Shown: positions 1-10,092, counted from the stretch's first letter. The stretch: DNA of 37,014 bases from an uncultured Candidatus Saccharibacteria bacterium (GCA_964460855.1 CAYWQH010000004.1:1-37014), one strand, 5' to 3'. Numbers and translations are program-made. Notes: generated from the letters alone by a model not told the origin.

Positions 1-573
1 GGCGGCAACACCATTGCTATAAATATTGCGCTGCCGAAAATTAAAAAGCCGGCCATCGATTATAAGAAACATCGAAAATACGGTATTTACGCTGCGGCTG
101 CCATAGTCGTGCTGCTTATAAGCTGGACCGGCATCCAGCAATTCTCGAATAAACCAAAAGGCGCTGCCAACTTAGCCGGCGACGCCAAGCCGGCGTTCAA
201 GCCATTAGTGCCTAAAGCCGACACTAAAAACCAGCAGCAACTCAACGAAAACTACGATTCGAACCGCCAGCTGCTGGCCTATAAAGACGCCATAGCCGGC
301 GCCGATTTAGTAGTCAGCCAACAGCCTTTGCCCGACGACTTCAAACATAATGACGGCGCCCTTAAAAGCGCTGCCGACTCCATAGGCGCCAAAGAAAAAG
401 AAGACACCAATAAGGGCGACCTATACATTTCGACCAACAAGCGGACTAATCAGCAGGTCGCGATGTTTAAGACTAATGATTTATTGGTTTTTGTGCGCAC
501 CAGCAAAGTACTCGACCCCTATTACTGGGTTAAATATATTAATGAGCTAAAACTCGGCCAAAGCGCCAATTAA
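1..573 (+). CDS. Membrane-anchored hypothetical protein, 5'-truncated by the window edge; paralogue of 1498..2025
   Basis: Frame 1 is open from base 1 (GGNTIAINIALPKIKKPAIDYKKHRKYGIYAAAAIVVLLISW...) to TAA at 573. A basic patch precedes a hydrophobic helix. The C-terminal part aligns by eye with 1498..2025. Confidence 0.75.
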   Translation, partial: GGNTIAINIALPKIKKPAIDYKKHRKYGIYAAAAIVVLLISWTGIQQFSNKPKGAANLAGDAKPAFKPLVPKADTKNQQQLNENYDSNRQLLAYKDAIAGADLVVSQQPLPDDFKHNDGALKSAADSIGAKEKEDTNKGDLYISTNKRTNQQVAMFKTNDLLVFVRTSKVLDPYYWVKYINELKLGQSAN

Positions 574-578
574 AACGC

Positions 579-607
579 TTGCGGCTATTTGGTAAGCATG
601 GTATTTT
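579..607 (+). promoter_or_regulatory. Putative sigma70-type promoter for 662..1486
   Basis: TTGCGG-17 nt-TATTTT, with TG at the extended -10 position. Confidence 0.4.
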
Positions 608-661
608 ATAGTTAGCTTTAACCGGGTAAGGTGAGCAAATAAAAAACCAAAGAAAAACATT

Positions 662-1486
662 ATGGAACCAAACGCTTATTACGTTTCGCCGGATATTAAT
701 TCCAGGCTGAGGCCTGCACCCCAGGCGCCGCCGCCGCAACAGCGGTATTACTCCAGGCAGGATATTAACCAGCAGGCTTACCGGCCAGCCGACAGGTCGC
801 TGCCGGCAAACTTTACGCCGGCCCCTGTTCCAGTATATGAACAGCCATTTAGGGCAGCTGCCAGCCAGCCGCCCGCCGCCGCAGCGACTGCGCAACCCCA
901 GCAGATTAGCCAGCCCGCACCCCAGCCGCAGGCGCCAAGCCCGCTACCCCCGGCTGCCCAGCAAATTTACGAACCCGCGGCAGTCCAACCAGCCTACCAA
1001 CAGCCCAGCCAGCCGGTAGTCCAGCAAGCGCCCAGCCAGCCTGTTTACGAGCAACCTCCGGCCCAGAATTATTACCAGCCGCCGCCCAGCCAGCAAACTT
1101 ACCAATATTACGACGCCGGCCCCCAACCGGCCCCCTATCAAGATACATTCGAAGAGCAGTTTTTACCGGAGCAGCAGCTGCAACCCAGGCCTAAATCCAA
1201 ACTTAAATTTGCCAAAGTACTGGCACTGGTCATTACCATACCGTTTGTAGTTTTAGGCACCGCAGGCTGGGCTTACGCGGCTTATAAATTCGTTAACAAA
1301 GGCAACCAGGCATCGGCCGCCCAAGAAACCCAATCTACCCAGCAAGCTCCAACAAGCAGCAGCTCAGCGCCTACCACCCAGGCACCTACCGGCCAGGCCG
1401 GTAATTCTGAAAGTAATCCAAATAATACTAGTACCGGCCAAGCCGTAAATGACAGCGGCCAAAGCAGCGCGCCGGCCATACAGTAG
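662..1486 (+). CDS. Pro/Gln-rich single-pass membrane protein
   Basis: 274 aa. Long P/Q/Y/A low-complexity N-terminus, basic stretch KSKLK, one TM helix (VLALVITIPFVVLGTAGWAYAAY), then an S/T/Q/N-rich tail. Confidence 0.75.
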   Translation: MEPNAYYVSPDINSRLRPAPQAPPPQQRYYSRQDINQQAYRPADRSLPANFTPAPVPVYEQPFRAAASQPPAAAATAQPQQISQPAPQPQAPSPLPPAAQQIYEPAAVQPAYQQPSQPVVQQAPSQPVYEQPPAQNYYQPPPSQQTYQYYDAGPQPAPYQDTFEEQFLPEQQLQPRPKSKLKFAKVLALVITIPFVVLGTAGWAYAAYKFVNKGNQASAAQETQSTQQAPTSSSSAPTTQAPTGQAGNSESNPNNTSTGQAVNDSGQSSAPAIQ

Positions 1487-1497
1487 CAGGGTAAGCA

Positions 1498-2025
1498 ATG
1501 GACAATCCGCCAAAGACCCCTAAAAATCCCAAATGGCTAAAGCCATTTATATTAGTGCTGGTAATCATCGGCTTATTGTTAGGCGGCTATGCCGCTTCGC
1601 ACCAATCGGCCGCCAAACTTACAGCGGTAAATAAAGCCGGCCTCAATAAACTGGGCTTTAACCCGGTAAAAGCCGACGGCACCGTTTTATCTATTGATGA
1701 CAATTCCAGCCTCGACATCAAACAGCTCGAAAACGAAGCCCGCAACTACCAGCAAGACATAGGCAGTGTCAGGGTTAATATTACAAAAATGCCGCTGCCG
1801 CCCACATTCCAAACCGACATGGATGCTTTCACCAAATACGCCGCCGGGCACGGTGCCACCGAACCGCTCAAAGTAAAATCGGGCGACGGCTTTGCCAAAC
1901 CGCAAAGCCTGTATGCCGGCGGGCAATTTGATGTAATCCGGACTTCGCGTTCATTGATCATGGCCCAGGCCACCCAAACTGTTAGTGACAGCACCTGGCA
2001 GCAATTCCTGGACAACCTCAACTAG
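1498..2025 (+). CDS. Membrane-anchored hypothetical protein
   Basis: 175 aa with N-terminal TM helix (FILVLVIIGLLLGGY); similar to 1..573. Confidence 0.75.
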   Translation: MDNPPKTPKNPKWLKPFILVLVIIGLLLGGYAASHQSAAKLTAVNKAGLNKLGFNPVKADGTVLSIDDNSSLDIKQLENEARNYQQDIGSVRVNITKMPLPPTFQTDMDAFTKYAAGHGATEPLKVKSGDGFAKPQSLYAGGQFDVIRTSRSLIMAQATQTVSDSTWQQFLDNLN

Positions 2026-2087
2026 CATTAGCCTAAACAGCCTAAAGATGTTATGCTTAGCTAAACCGGATACGGGGTTAAACAAAG

Positions 2088-2846
2088 ATGACTAAAAAAA
2101 CTATAGCGGTGTTAAACCAAAAGGGCGGGGTAGGCAAAACTACTACCGTTATTAACCTGGCGGCCTATTTGGCAAAAAACGGCCGGCGGGTGCTGGTTTG
2201 CGACCTCGACCCCCAGGGCAATAGTACTAGCGGCCTGGGCCTGGATAAGCAGGCGCTGGATGCCACCCTATACGATGTATTATTTGGCCGCGCCGAAGCG
2301 GCCGATGTTATTAAAGAAGTTTCCGGACTCAACATTAAAGTTTTACCAGCCAATGCCCAATTAGCCTCTTCAGAAGTGGAACTGGTTGCAGTGGCTAACC
2401 GCGAACAACAACTCAAAAAAATCCTGGCCAAGCTGGAATACGATTACATATTAATAGATTGCCCGCCGTCGCTTGGTTTACTTTCGGTAAACGCCCTGTG
2501 CGCCGCCGACGACCTGCTTATACCGGTGCAAACAGAATATTATGCCCTGGAGGGCTTAAGCCAATTGCTCAGCGTTATGCAGCAAGTCCGCCAGGCGCTT
2601 AACCCCGACTTAAATTTGCTTGGCATAGTACTGACCATGTACGACAAACGAACATCATTGTCCGACCAAGTCAGGGACGAAGTTAAAAAACATTTTGGCG
2701 CCAAAGTATTCGAAACCGTCATTCCGCGCAATGTCCGGCTTGCGGAAGCGCCGAGTTTCGGTAAAACTATACTTGAGCACGATAAATGGAGCAAAGGCGC
2801 CCGGGCATACAAGGCGCTGTCCAAAGAGTTAGAGAAGAGGGTATAA
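2088..2846 (+). CDS. parA: Chromosome partitioning ATPase ParA/Soj
   Basis: Deviant Walker A NQKGGVGKTT, DLDPQGN, IDCPPSLG, IPRNVRLAEAPSFG. Confidence 0.96.
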   Translation: MTKKTIAVLNQKGGVGKTTTVINLAAYLAKNGRRVLVCDLDPQGNSTSGLGLDKQALDATLYDVLFGRAEAADVIKEVSGLNIKVLPANAQLASSEVELVAVANREQQLKKILAKLEYDYILIDCPPSLGLLSVNALCAADDLLIPVQTEYYALEGLSQLLSVMQQVRQALNPDLNLLGIVLTMYDKRTSLSDQVRDEVKKHFGAKVFETVIPRNVRLAEAPSFGKTILEHDKWSKGARAYKALSKELEKRV

Positions 2847-3695
2847 ATGGCAAAAGGTTTAGGCAAAGGTTTCGACATATTAATCCCGACCAACCTCGAT
2901 AAATCGATTATCGAAGAAGACCACCACCGCGTCCAAAAAATATTAATTTCTGATGTCGTTCCCAACAAGCAGCAGCCGCGTACCGAGTTCGACCAGCAAG
3001 CAATGGAAGAGCTCAGTTCCTCCGTTAAACGGCACGGCGTGCTGCAGCCAATTATTGTGGTCCGCCACGGCGACAAGTATAAAATCGTAGCCGGCGAGCG
3101 GCGCTGGCGGGCGGCTAAAATGGCCGACCACAGCCATATACCGGCCATTGTGCGGTCGCTGGAAGAATTGGAAGCCCTGGAGCTGTCGTTAATCGAAAAC
3201 ATCCAGCGCGAAGATTTAACGCCTATGGACCAGGCTATGACCATCTACCGGCTGCAGCAGCAGCTGAACATGGCAATCGAAGACATCGCCGCCAAACTGG
3301 GCAAAGCCCCAAGTACACTTGGTAATGTGGTGCGTTTGCTGCAACTGCCCGAAGTAGCCAAGCTGGCGCTAAACCAAGGCAAAATCAGCGAAGGCCACGC
3401 CCGGGCCATATTAGCCTTGCGCGACCAGCCGGCTAACCAGGAAATTTTGCTGCAGGAAATTTTAAAAAACAAATGGACGGTCCGCCAAGCCGAACAGTAC
3501 GTAGTGGCACTGCGCAAAGGCGCCGGCCGCGGCGTAAAAAAGGCCATGGCCGCCCAAACGCCGTTTACCAAAGAGTTCGGCAAGTCGCTGGGAACCAGCG
3601 TTACGCTGCGCCGCAAAGCTAAAGGCGGCGAAATAGTTATAACTTACAAGAACGATTCCGAGCTCAAAAGATTAGAAAAGAAACTTAAAAGCTAA
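2847..3695 (+). CDS. parB: Chromosome partitioning protein ParB/Spo0J
   Basis: QPR, GVLQPI, AGERRWRA arginine patch, LIENIQREDL, HTH, ISEGHARAIL; directly follows parA. Confidence 0.96.
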   Translation: MAKGLGKGFDILIPTNLDKSIIEEDHHRVQKILISDVVPNKQQPRTEFDQQAMEELSSSVKRHGVLQPIIVVRHGDKYKIVAGERRWRAAKMADHSHIPAIVRSLEELEALELSLIENIQREDLTPMDQAMTIYRLQQQLNMAIEDIAAKLGKAPSTLGNVVRLLQLPEVAKLALNQGKISEGHARAILALRDQPANQEILLQEILKNKWTVRQAEQYVVALRKGAGRGVKKAMAAQTPFTKEFGKSLGTSVTLRRKAKGGEIVITYKNDSELKRLEKKLKS

Positions 3696-4369
3696 AAGTT
3701 TTCAGCTTTGCTAAGCGGCAATACGCGCAGCTGGAGTTTGCCTACAATAGCATTGGCATCTATCGGACCAAAAAACCGCGAGTCGGCGGAGTTAGTGCGG
3801 TTATCGCCCATTACGAATACCTGGCCCGGCGCCACGGTTACGCCGTTAGACGAAGATTCGCCGGGGGTCGTTGGCTGGCTAATGGTATAGCTGCCTTGTT
3901 TGTCGGGGTCAAAGCCGTTGGGGTGGTCTTTGTTATAAACGAATACAGTACTATCTTTAATTACCACCCGGTCGCCGGGCAGGCCGATTACCCGCTTAAT
4001 TAACTGCTTTTCCTGGTTGCCGTTAGCGTCAAACAGGCCCTGTTTGTCAAAAATAATTATATCGCCGCGGTGGGGTATATACTCCCGCTTGGTAATTTTG
4101 GCCCAGGTGCGCGGGAATTTATTAACTATCAGACGGTCGTTATTTTGCAGGGTAGTTTCCATGCTCTGGCCGTCTACCTGGTAGCTTTGGAAACAAAAAG
4201 CCGTAATTGAGATGGCGATAATCGGCGCCAGCAAAAATAATAAAACCGTCGAAATAACCGACTTTAATCCGCTGTGGTCGTGTTCTTCTTTGGGCGGTGT
4301 GTAAGCGGGCGGGGCGGGATAATTATGCAAAGCCGGAGGTACCGACCCGGCCGGTGGTTCTTCATTCAT
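3692..4369 (-). CDS. lepB: Signal peptidase I
   Basis: TM helix then VDGQSMETTL (catalytic Ser), LIKRVIGLPGD (catalytic Lys), MGDNRTNSADSRFFG. Confidence 0.95.
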   Translation of the reverse strand: MNEEPPAGSVPPALHNYPAPPAYTPPKEEHDHSGLKSVISTVLLFLLAPIIAISITAFCFQSYQVDGQSMETTLQNNDRLIVNKFPRTWAKITKREYIPHRGDIIIFDKQGLFDANGNQEKQLIKRVIGLPGDRVVIKDSTVFVYNKDHPNGFDPDKQGSYTISQPTTPGESSSNGVTVAPGQVFVMGDNRTNSADSRFFGPIDANAIVGKLQLRVLPLSKAENF

Positions 4370-4459
4370 ACCTCAAACATTATACGTTTGCCAATTGAAT
4401 TATGCACACGCTTTTTGGCTTTCAAAGTGCTAGCGTAATGCTATACTTGGAGCTACGGC

Positions 4460-6124
4460 ATGGATAATTTTAGGAAATTCCAACAGCCGAAGAAACCAAA
4501 TAATTCTTCGGTAGACGGTTTAATGCCAAGCGCCGGCGGGCAGCTTAAACCAAAAGCGGCACCGCCATTAAGCTACACCGACAAACCTGCACCAACAGCC
4601 GGCCAGATGAGCGAATTTAAGCGCCCGGACGGCTTTCATCCCGCCCAGCAGACAACCCTGGAGGCTACACCAAATCCGGCAGCTGAGATTGCCGGCAGCG
4701 AAGCATTTTCGCGGTACCGCAATTTAAGCCCCCAGGGCCCGGCCGCCCAAGAAGCAGCCGCCAAACCCAAAAAGCAGAAACGGTCGCTTGGCAAGATATT
4801 TAAAAGGGTCGGCTTTGGCATGGCCATATTGGTTTTGGCTACCGGCCTGTATTTTGGCGTTAAGGTTTATTTTGCCGGCAAGAATATTTTGAAAGGCGGC
4901 GCCAGCGCGCCGGCGCTGGCTAAAACCGTAGACATCTCTAAGCTTAACGGCGAAGGCGACGGCCGGGTAAATATTTTGCTGCTTGGCAAAGGCGGCGACA
5001 ACCACCCCGGCGGCCAGCTTACCGACACCATGTTGCTGCTAAGCATCGACCCGATTCAAAAAGAAGCGGCCATCGTAAGCATCCCGCGCGACTTATACGT
5101 TAAAATTGCCGGCACCAGTTCTTATATGAAGCTTAATGCCGCTTATGCCATGGGCAAGGAAAATTCCCGCAGCAAAGATCCCAACCAGCAGGAGGCCGAC
5201 GGCGTAAATAAACTTTACGATACGCTTTCGCCGATACTCGGCATCCCGATCCACTATTATGTAATGTTTGACTTTACGGCTTACAAAAATGTAGTTGATA
5301 CTGTCGGCGGCGTCGATGTCCATTTGGATAATGCCATATACGACCCGAACTTCGACTGGCAATATGGCCACAATGCCCTCAAGCTGCCAGCCGGCAACAA
5401 CCACCTTAACGGTACCCAGGCTTTGCTGCTGGGCCGCTCGCGCGGAGCCCACGGCGGCTACGGCGTAGCTACTGACTTCGACCGCAACAGCAACCAGCGC
5501 AAAATGTTAATTTCACTCAAGGGCAAAATTATGAGTGCCGGCACTTACAGCAACCCGGTTAAAGTTAACCAGATTATTACCCAGTTGGGTTCGCACGTAC
5601 ATACCAGCTTCGGCTCGCTGGAAGAGCTTAAGCGGCTGCAGCAAATAATGGCCACCATCCCTTCTTCTAACATCACATCTTTGGATTTTGTTACTCCGCC
5701 GCACGCCTTCTTAACTACCGGCAATATCGCCGGCCAAAGCGTGGTACTGCCCAAAGCCGGGCAGGGTAATTATCACGAATTGCAATCCTTCGTGCGTAAC
5801 ACCTTAAAAGACAGCTTCTTAAAGCAAGAAAGCGCCACCGTGGCCGTATATAATGCCACCTCCAAAGCCGGGTTGGCCGCCAGCAAAGCCGACGACCTGC
5901 GCAGCTACGGCTACATCGTTACTACGGTGGCTAACGCTCCCGACAAGGGCATCACCAAAACCGTGGTGGTAGACCTCAGCAAAGGCCAAAAGAAATACAC
6001 TAAGCACTACCTCGAACAACGCTATAAAACCACAGCCGTAACGACTATCCCAGACGCCAAAATCACTCCAGGCAACGTCGATTTTGTTATAATTCTGGGG
6101 CAAGACGTTGCCGGCTCACCATGA
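4460..6124 (+). CDS. LCP (LytR-CpsA-Psr) family protein with C-terminal LytR_C domain
   Basis: TM helix, NILLLG, TDTMLLL, SIPRDLYV, KLNAAY, DFDRNSNQR; C-terminal VAVYNATSKAGLA...DFVIILGQD. Confidence 0.92.
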   Translation: MDNFRKFQQPKKPNNSSVDGLMPSAGGQLKPKAAPPLSYTDKPAPTAGQMSEFKRPDGFHPAQQTTLEATPNPAAEIAGSEAFSRYRNLSPQGPAAQEAAAKPKKQKRSLGKIFKRVGFGMAILVLATGLYFGVKVYFAGKNILKGGASAPALAKTVDISKLNGEGDGRVNILLLGKGGDNHPGGQLTDTMLLLSIDPIQKEAAIVSIPRDLYVKIAGTSSYMKLNAAYAMGKENSRSKDPNQQEADGVNKLYDTLSPILGIPIHYYVMFDFTAYKNVVDTVGGVDVHLDNAIYDPNFDWQYGHNALKLPAGNNHLNGTQALLLGRSRGAHGGYGVATDFDRNSNQRKMLISLKGKIMSAGTYSNPVKVNQIITQLGSHVHTSFGSLEELKRLQQIMATIPSSNITSLDFVTPPHAFLTTGNIAGQSVVLPKAGQGNYHELQSFVRNTLKDSFLKQESATVAVYNATSKAGLAASKADDLRSYGYIVTTVANAPDKGITKTVVVDLSKGQKKYTKHYLEQRYKTTAVTTIPDAKITPGNVDFVIILGQDVAGSP

Positions 6125-6870
6125 AACGACTCTCCTCCAGCATTAAGCCGACTAAAGGCTTTTCACACTTACTGCATATATTGCTAAATATTCTGCTGCC
6201 ATTAGCGGTTTATATTTTGGTGCGTATCGATTTCGTATCGCTGGCTATTGCGCTGGTACTGCTTAGCAAATGGCGGATGTTTGCCGTGCGGCCGCGCTAC
6301 TGGCTGATTAATATCCTGGCTAACGGCGTGGATATATTAGTTGGCGTATCTATCGTGCTATTTATGGCCAATACCACAACTTTATGGTGGCAGGTTTTCT
6401 GGGCGGTAGGCTACGGGCTGTGGCTGGTTTTGTTAAAACCGCGCAGCGACGTGCTTTCAGTTTCTTCTCAGGCCATGGTGGCACAATTGCTAGGGTTATC
6501 AGCCCTGTACGTTAAATTCGGCAATGTCCCGCTGGCGGTCTTAGTGGCCGGCACGTGGGGTATAAGCTACGTCGTCGCCCGGCACTTTTTTGCCAGTTTC
6601 GACGAAATCCATACTACTTTATTCGCCCACGTTTGGGCGTACTTTTCGGCCAGCCTGGCATTTATACTGGGGCATTGGCTGATATTTTACGGGGTAGTAG
6701 CGCAGATTATGGTGATCTTAACTGTCATTGGTTACACGGTTGCGGCCCTTTATTATTTGGAGGCCACTAACCGCTTAACAGACGACATAAAAAGGTACCT
6801 GATCGCTATTATGGGCCTGATCCTTCTTATTATTATTACGCTGTCCAAATGGTCAGTAAAAATCGTCTAA
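6121..6870 (+). CDS. Multi-pass membrane protein of unknown function
   Basis: 249 aa with about 8-9 hydrophobic segments; ATGA overlap with the LCP gene. Confidence 0.8.
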   Translation: MKRLSSSIKPTKGFSHLLHILLNILLPLAVYILVRIDFVSLAIALVLLSKWRMFAVRPRYWLINILANGVDILVGVSIVLFMANTTTLWWQVFWAVGYGLWLVLLKPRSDVLSVSSQAMVAQLLGLSALYVKFGNVPLAVLVAGTWGISYVVARHFFASFDEIHTTLFAHVWAYFSASLAFILGHWLIFYGVVAQIMVILTVIGYTVAALYYLEATNRLTDDIKRYLIAIMGLILLIIITLSKWSVKIV

Positions 6871-6884
6871 AAATAGGGGTAAAA

Positions 6885-8144
6885 ATGACAAGTAATTCCA
6901 ACGTTCCCGGCAAAAAGCCATCGCTTCCAAGCATGCCCAGCATGCCTAAAATTCCGCTAGACCGGATAAAATCCAGTGTTGGCAGTAAAATCGCTTTATT
7001 ATTATTGGCCTGTTTGAGCCTGGGCTTTTTTGGCGGCTGGCTGGGGGCTAAAGCCAACACTAACTCTGCCAGCAGCTTAAATACGGCTGCCAAACAACAG
7101 GTGGTTTCCAGCGAAAGCAACCTCATTTCGAGCATAGCTCAAGACGTCGGCCAAAGCGTAGTTAGCATTAACGTTAAGAGCCAGGGGCTCAGCCAGGATA
7201 ATTTCTTTGGCTTTAGCCAGCCGGTCGAACAGCAAAGTGCCGGAACCGGCTTTATCGTCAGCGCCGACGGCGTGATAGTTACCAACCGCCACGTCGTACC
7301 CCAAGGCACCACTAGCGTTACGGTCACTATGTCCGACGGCACGCAATTATCTAATGTTACGGTTATTGGGCGTACCAACGAAAGTGATACCTTGGACGTA
7401 GCCTTCTTAAAAATCAATGATACCAAAGGTAAAAAACTGGTGCCCGTAACTTTGGGCGATTCCACTAAAACCCAAGTTGGCGAGCGGGTTGTAGCAATTG
7501 GCAATGCCCTTGGCCAGTTCCAAAATACCGTAACGTCGGGCATAATTTCGGGCTATGGCCGAAACATAACGGCCGGTGATTCCGGCGGCAGCGACACCGA
7601 AAACCTGACTAATTTGTTCCAAACGGACGCTTCGATTAACCAAGGCAATTCCGGCGGCCCGCTAGTTAATATGAGCGGGCAGGTTATCGGCATGAATACG
7701 GCCGTTGCTGGCGGCGGCGCCCAAAACATCGGTTTCGCCATACCAATGAATGATATAAAAGGCTTAATCCAAACTGTACTTAGCAAAGGCAAGCTAGAAA
7801 AACCATACCTTGGCGTGCGCTACGTTAGTATTACTAACGACTTCGCTTACCAGTACAACTTAAGCGTCAAAAACGGCGCCTACATATTGCCGTCTACCAG
7901 CGGCCAGCCTTCGATCGTGCCGGGCAGCCCGGCCGAAAAAGCCGGCTTGCAAGAAAAAGACATCATTACCAAAGTTAACGGTACTCCCATCGACGATAAA
8001 ACCACGCTAAGCAGCGCCCTCAGCCAATATAAAGTGGGTGACACCGTAACCTTAACTGTTATACGCGACGGCAAAGAGCAGGAAATAAAAGTTACGCTTG
8101 AGGCGCAGCCGCCGGATAGCGCAACGCCACCGACGCAACAATAA
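6885..8144 (+). CDS. htrA: HtrA/DegP-family serine protease (trypsin domain + PDZ)
   Basis: AGTGFIV, TNRHVV, DVAFLK, QTDASINQGNSGGPL, PDZ (GSPAEKAGL). Start placed at ATG 6885 after AGGGGT. Confidence 0.93.
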   Translation: MTSNSNVPGKKPSLPSMPSMPKIPLDRIKSSVGSKIALLLLACLSLGFFGGWLGAKANTNSASSLNTAAKQQVVSSESNLISSIAQDVGQSVVSINVKSQGLSQDNFFGFSQPVEQQSAGTGFIVSADGVIVTNRHVVPQGTTSVTVTMSDGTQLSNVTVIGRTNESDTLDVAFLKINDTKGKKLVPVTLGDSTKTQVGERVVAIGNALGQFQNTVTSGIISGYGRNITAGDSGGSDTENLTNLFQTDASINQGNSGGPLVNMSGQVIGMNTAVAGGGAQNIGFAIPMNDIKGLIQTVLSKGKLEKPYLGVRYVSITNDFAYQYNLSVKNGAYILPSTSGQPSIVPGSPAEKAGLQEKDIITKVNGTPIDDKTTLSSALSQYKVGDTVTLTVIRDGKEQEIKVTLEAQPPDSATPPTQQ

Positions 8145-8147
8145 AAG

Positions 8148-8978
8148 TTACTGGCGATTGAATACTTGGATGAAGTCTTGCGATTGAACCAGTTCATAGC
8201 TGGCTGCCCGGGCTATTTTGGCCAGCTCTTCGTGCTGGGGCGGCAGGGCTTCGGTAAAAATAAGCAGCGGCTTAATTTCTAAAGACTTAGTTTGGCTGAA
8301 TAATTTACGGTATAAGTCCAGGCCATCGGGTCCGCCGAAAATGGCGATGCGCGGCTCCTGGGCAGCTGCCTCGTTTATTTGCCAGCGGTCCGGCACGTAG
8401 GGCAGGTTAGCTAAAATTGTAGTTCGATGTTCGATGTTCGATGTCTGCAGTGGCTCAAGCATGTCGCCTTGAAGTAATTCTATTTCGGCGTTGTAGGTCT
8501 TGGCGTTTTTTCGGGTGACTGCGAGGCATTTTGGATCAATGTCGGTAGCTATAACTTTGGCACCGGGCAGCTCCAGTTTGGCAGTAATTGCCAATGCACC
8601 ACTGCCGGCGCCGATATCTATTATTAGATGTTCGATCTTCGATGTTTGATGCTCGAGTTGTTTCATTAAAAGATCGATTATCGTTTCACTCTCCGGCCGC
8701 GGCTCCAAAACCCGCTTATCTATATAAAAATCGCGGCTATAAAACTCGGTTTTACCCCGTATGTAAGCCAGCGGTTCATGCTTAACCCGCCGGATTATCT
8801 GGCCATTTAACTTCTTAAGCTGTACTTGCTTGATATCCATTTCCGGGTGGGCCAGCAGTTTGGCCCGGTCGACTTTAAGTGTGTCTTCTAAAAGAATCAG
8901 GCAATCAAGCTGGGCGCTGCCAATACCGGCGGCTTTTAATTTTTCGGTATTTTGCTTAATCCATTTGCCGGCGTTCAA
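8148..8978 (-). CDS. prmC: Release factor glutamine methyltransferase PrmC/HemK
   Basis: [27 protein letters not shown] motif, ANLPY, GGPDGLD; coupled to prfA. Confidence 0.94.
   Translation of the reverse strand: MNAGKWIKQNTEKLKAAGIGSAQLDCLILLEDTLKVDRAKLLAHPEMDIKQVQLKKLNGQIIRRVKHEPLAYIRGKTEFYSRDFYIDKRVLEPRPESETIIDLLMKQLEHQTSKIEHLIIDIGAGSGALAITAKLELPGAKVIATDIDPKCLAVTRKNAKTYNAEIELLQGDMLEPLQTSNIEHRTTILANLPYVPDRWQINEAAAQEPRIAIFGGPDGLDLYRKLFSQTKSLEIKPLLIFTEALPPQHEELAKIARAASYELVQSQDFIQVFNRQ
8422..8444. repeat. Heptamer tandem repeat (GTTCGAT)x3 inside prmC
   Basis: gttcgat gttcgat gttcgat gt. Confidence 0.85.
8624..8657. repeat. Degenerate heptamer array (TTCGATG consensus, about 5 units) inside prmC
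   Basis: ttagatg ttcgatc ttcgatg tttgatg ctcgag. Confidence 0.7.
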
Positions 8979-10021
8979 GTTTCGTCCTTGAGAAGCTGGC
9001 GGTCGAACTCCTGGAGTTTTTCCATAATGTCGTCGATGTCGCCGTCCAGGGCACCAGGCAGGTTAGACCGCGAATAGCCAATGCGGTGGTCGGTTATGCG
9101 GTCTTGCGGGTAGTTATAGGTGCGTATTTTTTCGGAGCGGTCGCCGCTGCCGATTAATTTTTTACGGGCATCGCTAAGCTGCTTTTGCTCGTCTTCGATT
9201 TTCATTTGCAGCAAGCGCGCCCGCAGCACGCCCATGGCCTTGTCTTTATTTTTTATCTGGCTTTTTTCGTCCTGGTTGGCCACTACTAAACCGGTGGGCA
9301 GGTGGGTGATACGCACCGCCGAGTCGGTTGTATTTACGCTTTGGCCGCCGTGGCCGCTGGCGCGGTAAACGTCTATTCTTAAATCTGCGGGGTTAATATC
9401 GACGTCGCTTTCTTCGGCTTCCGGCAGTATAGCTACGGTAACAGTGCTGGTATGGATACGGCCGCTGCTTTCGGTTACAGGTATGCGCTGCACCCGGTGC
9501 ACGCCGGCCTCAAATTTAAGCAGTTTATAGAGGTTTTCACCGCGCACCATAAACACGATTTCTTTAAAGCCGCCGGCCTCCGACGGGCTTTGGCTGATTA
9601 GTTCGGCTTTGTAACCGTGGCGTTCGCACCAGCGGTTATACATCCGGTACAGTTCGCCGGCAAACAGTGACGCTTCGTCACCGCCGGCTGCCGCCCTAAT
9701 CTCAACAACGGCATCACGCTCGTCGTTAGGGTCTTTGGGCGTTAATAATTCCTGCAAGCGGGCGTCTAATTCTTCATAGTTAGATTGCAAGTCGGCGGCA
9801 ATATCTTTCCATTCGGCGTTTTCGGCGGCCAATTCTTTGGCTTCCTTAATGTCGGCCTGTAATTGTTGCCGTTGGTCCAGCAGCCCGGTTACTTCGGTTA
9901 AAAAACTCAGCCTTTTGGAAATTTTGGGATATTCGGCCGAACCATAAATAGCAGGGTCGCCGTTTAAGCGCTCTTCGATTTCCTTTTTTTCCTGGCGGTA
10001 GGCATGTTCGGAGTTGCTCAT
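8975..10021 (-). CDS. prfA: Peptide chain release factor 1
   Basis: [22 protein letters not shown] (PxT RF1 motif), GGQ motif [20 protein letters not shown]. Confidence 0.97.
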   Translation of the reverse strand: MSNSEHAYRQEKKEIEERLNGDPAIYGSAEYPKISKRLSFLTEVTGLLDQRQQLQADIKEAKELAAENAEWKDIAADLQSNYEELDARLQELLTPKDPNDERDAVVEIRAAAGGDEASLFAGELYRMYNRWCERHGYKAELISQSPSEAGGFKEIVFMVRGENLYKLLKFEAGVHRVQRIPVTESSGRIHTSTVTVAILPEAEESDVDINPADLRIDVYRASGHGGQSVNTTDSAVRITHLPTGLVVANQDEKSQIKNKDKAMGVLRARLLQMKIEDEQKQLSDARKKLIGSGDRSEKIRTYNYPQDRITDHRIGYSRSNLPGALDGDIDDIMEKLQEFDRQLLKDET

Positions 10022-10042
10022 GATGTTTTCTTAAGTATATAT

Positions 10043-10074
10043 AAAAACCGCCTATTGCCCGAAGGCGTTAGCGG
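10043..10074 (-). terminator. Intrinsic terminator downstream of rpmE2
   Basis: Minus strand CCGCtaacGCC-TTCG-GGCaatagGCGG followed by TTTTT. Confidence 0.6.
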
Positions 10075-10092
10075 CCAAATAGTTTTATTCAG

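Noticed and set aside
2540-3616. Long antisense ORFs (e.g. 234 aa at 2540..3244, and similarly 27590..28171)
   Set aside because: They are shadows of well-supported genes on the opposite strand, with no recognisable motifs.
2026-3700. parS or oriC signals near parAB
   Set aside because: No match to TGTTTCACGTGAAACA and no clustered TTATCCACA DnaA boxes were seen by eye.
6925-6950. CCAAGCATG/CCCAGCATG short duplication in htrA
   Set aside because: A two-unit in-frame repeat in a disordered N-terminus; not distinctive.
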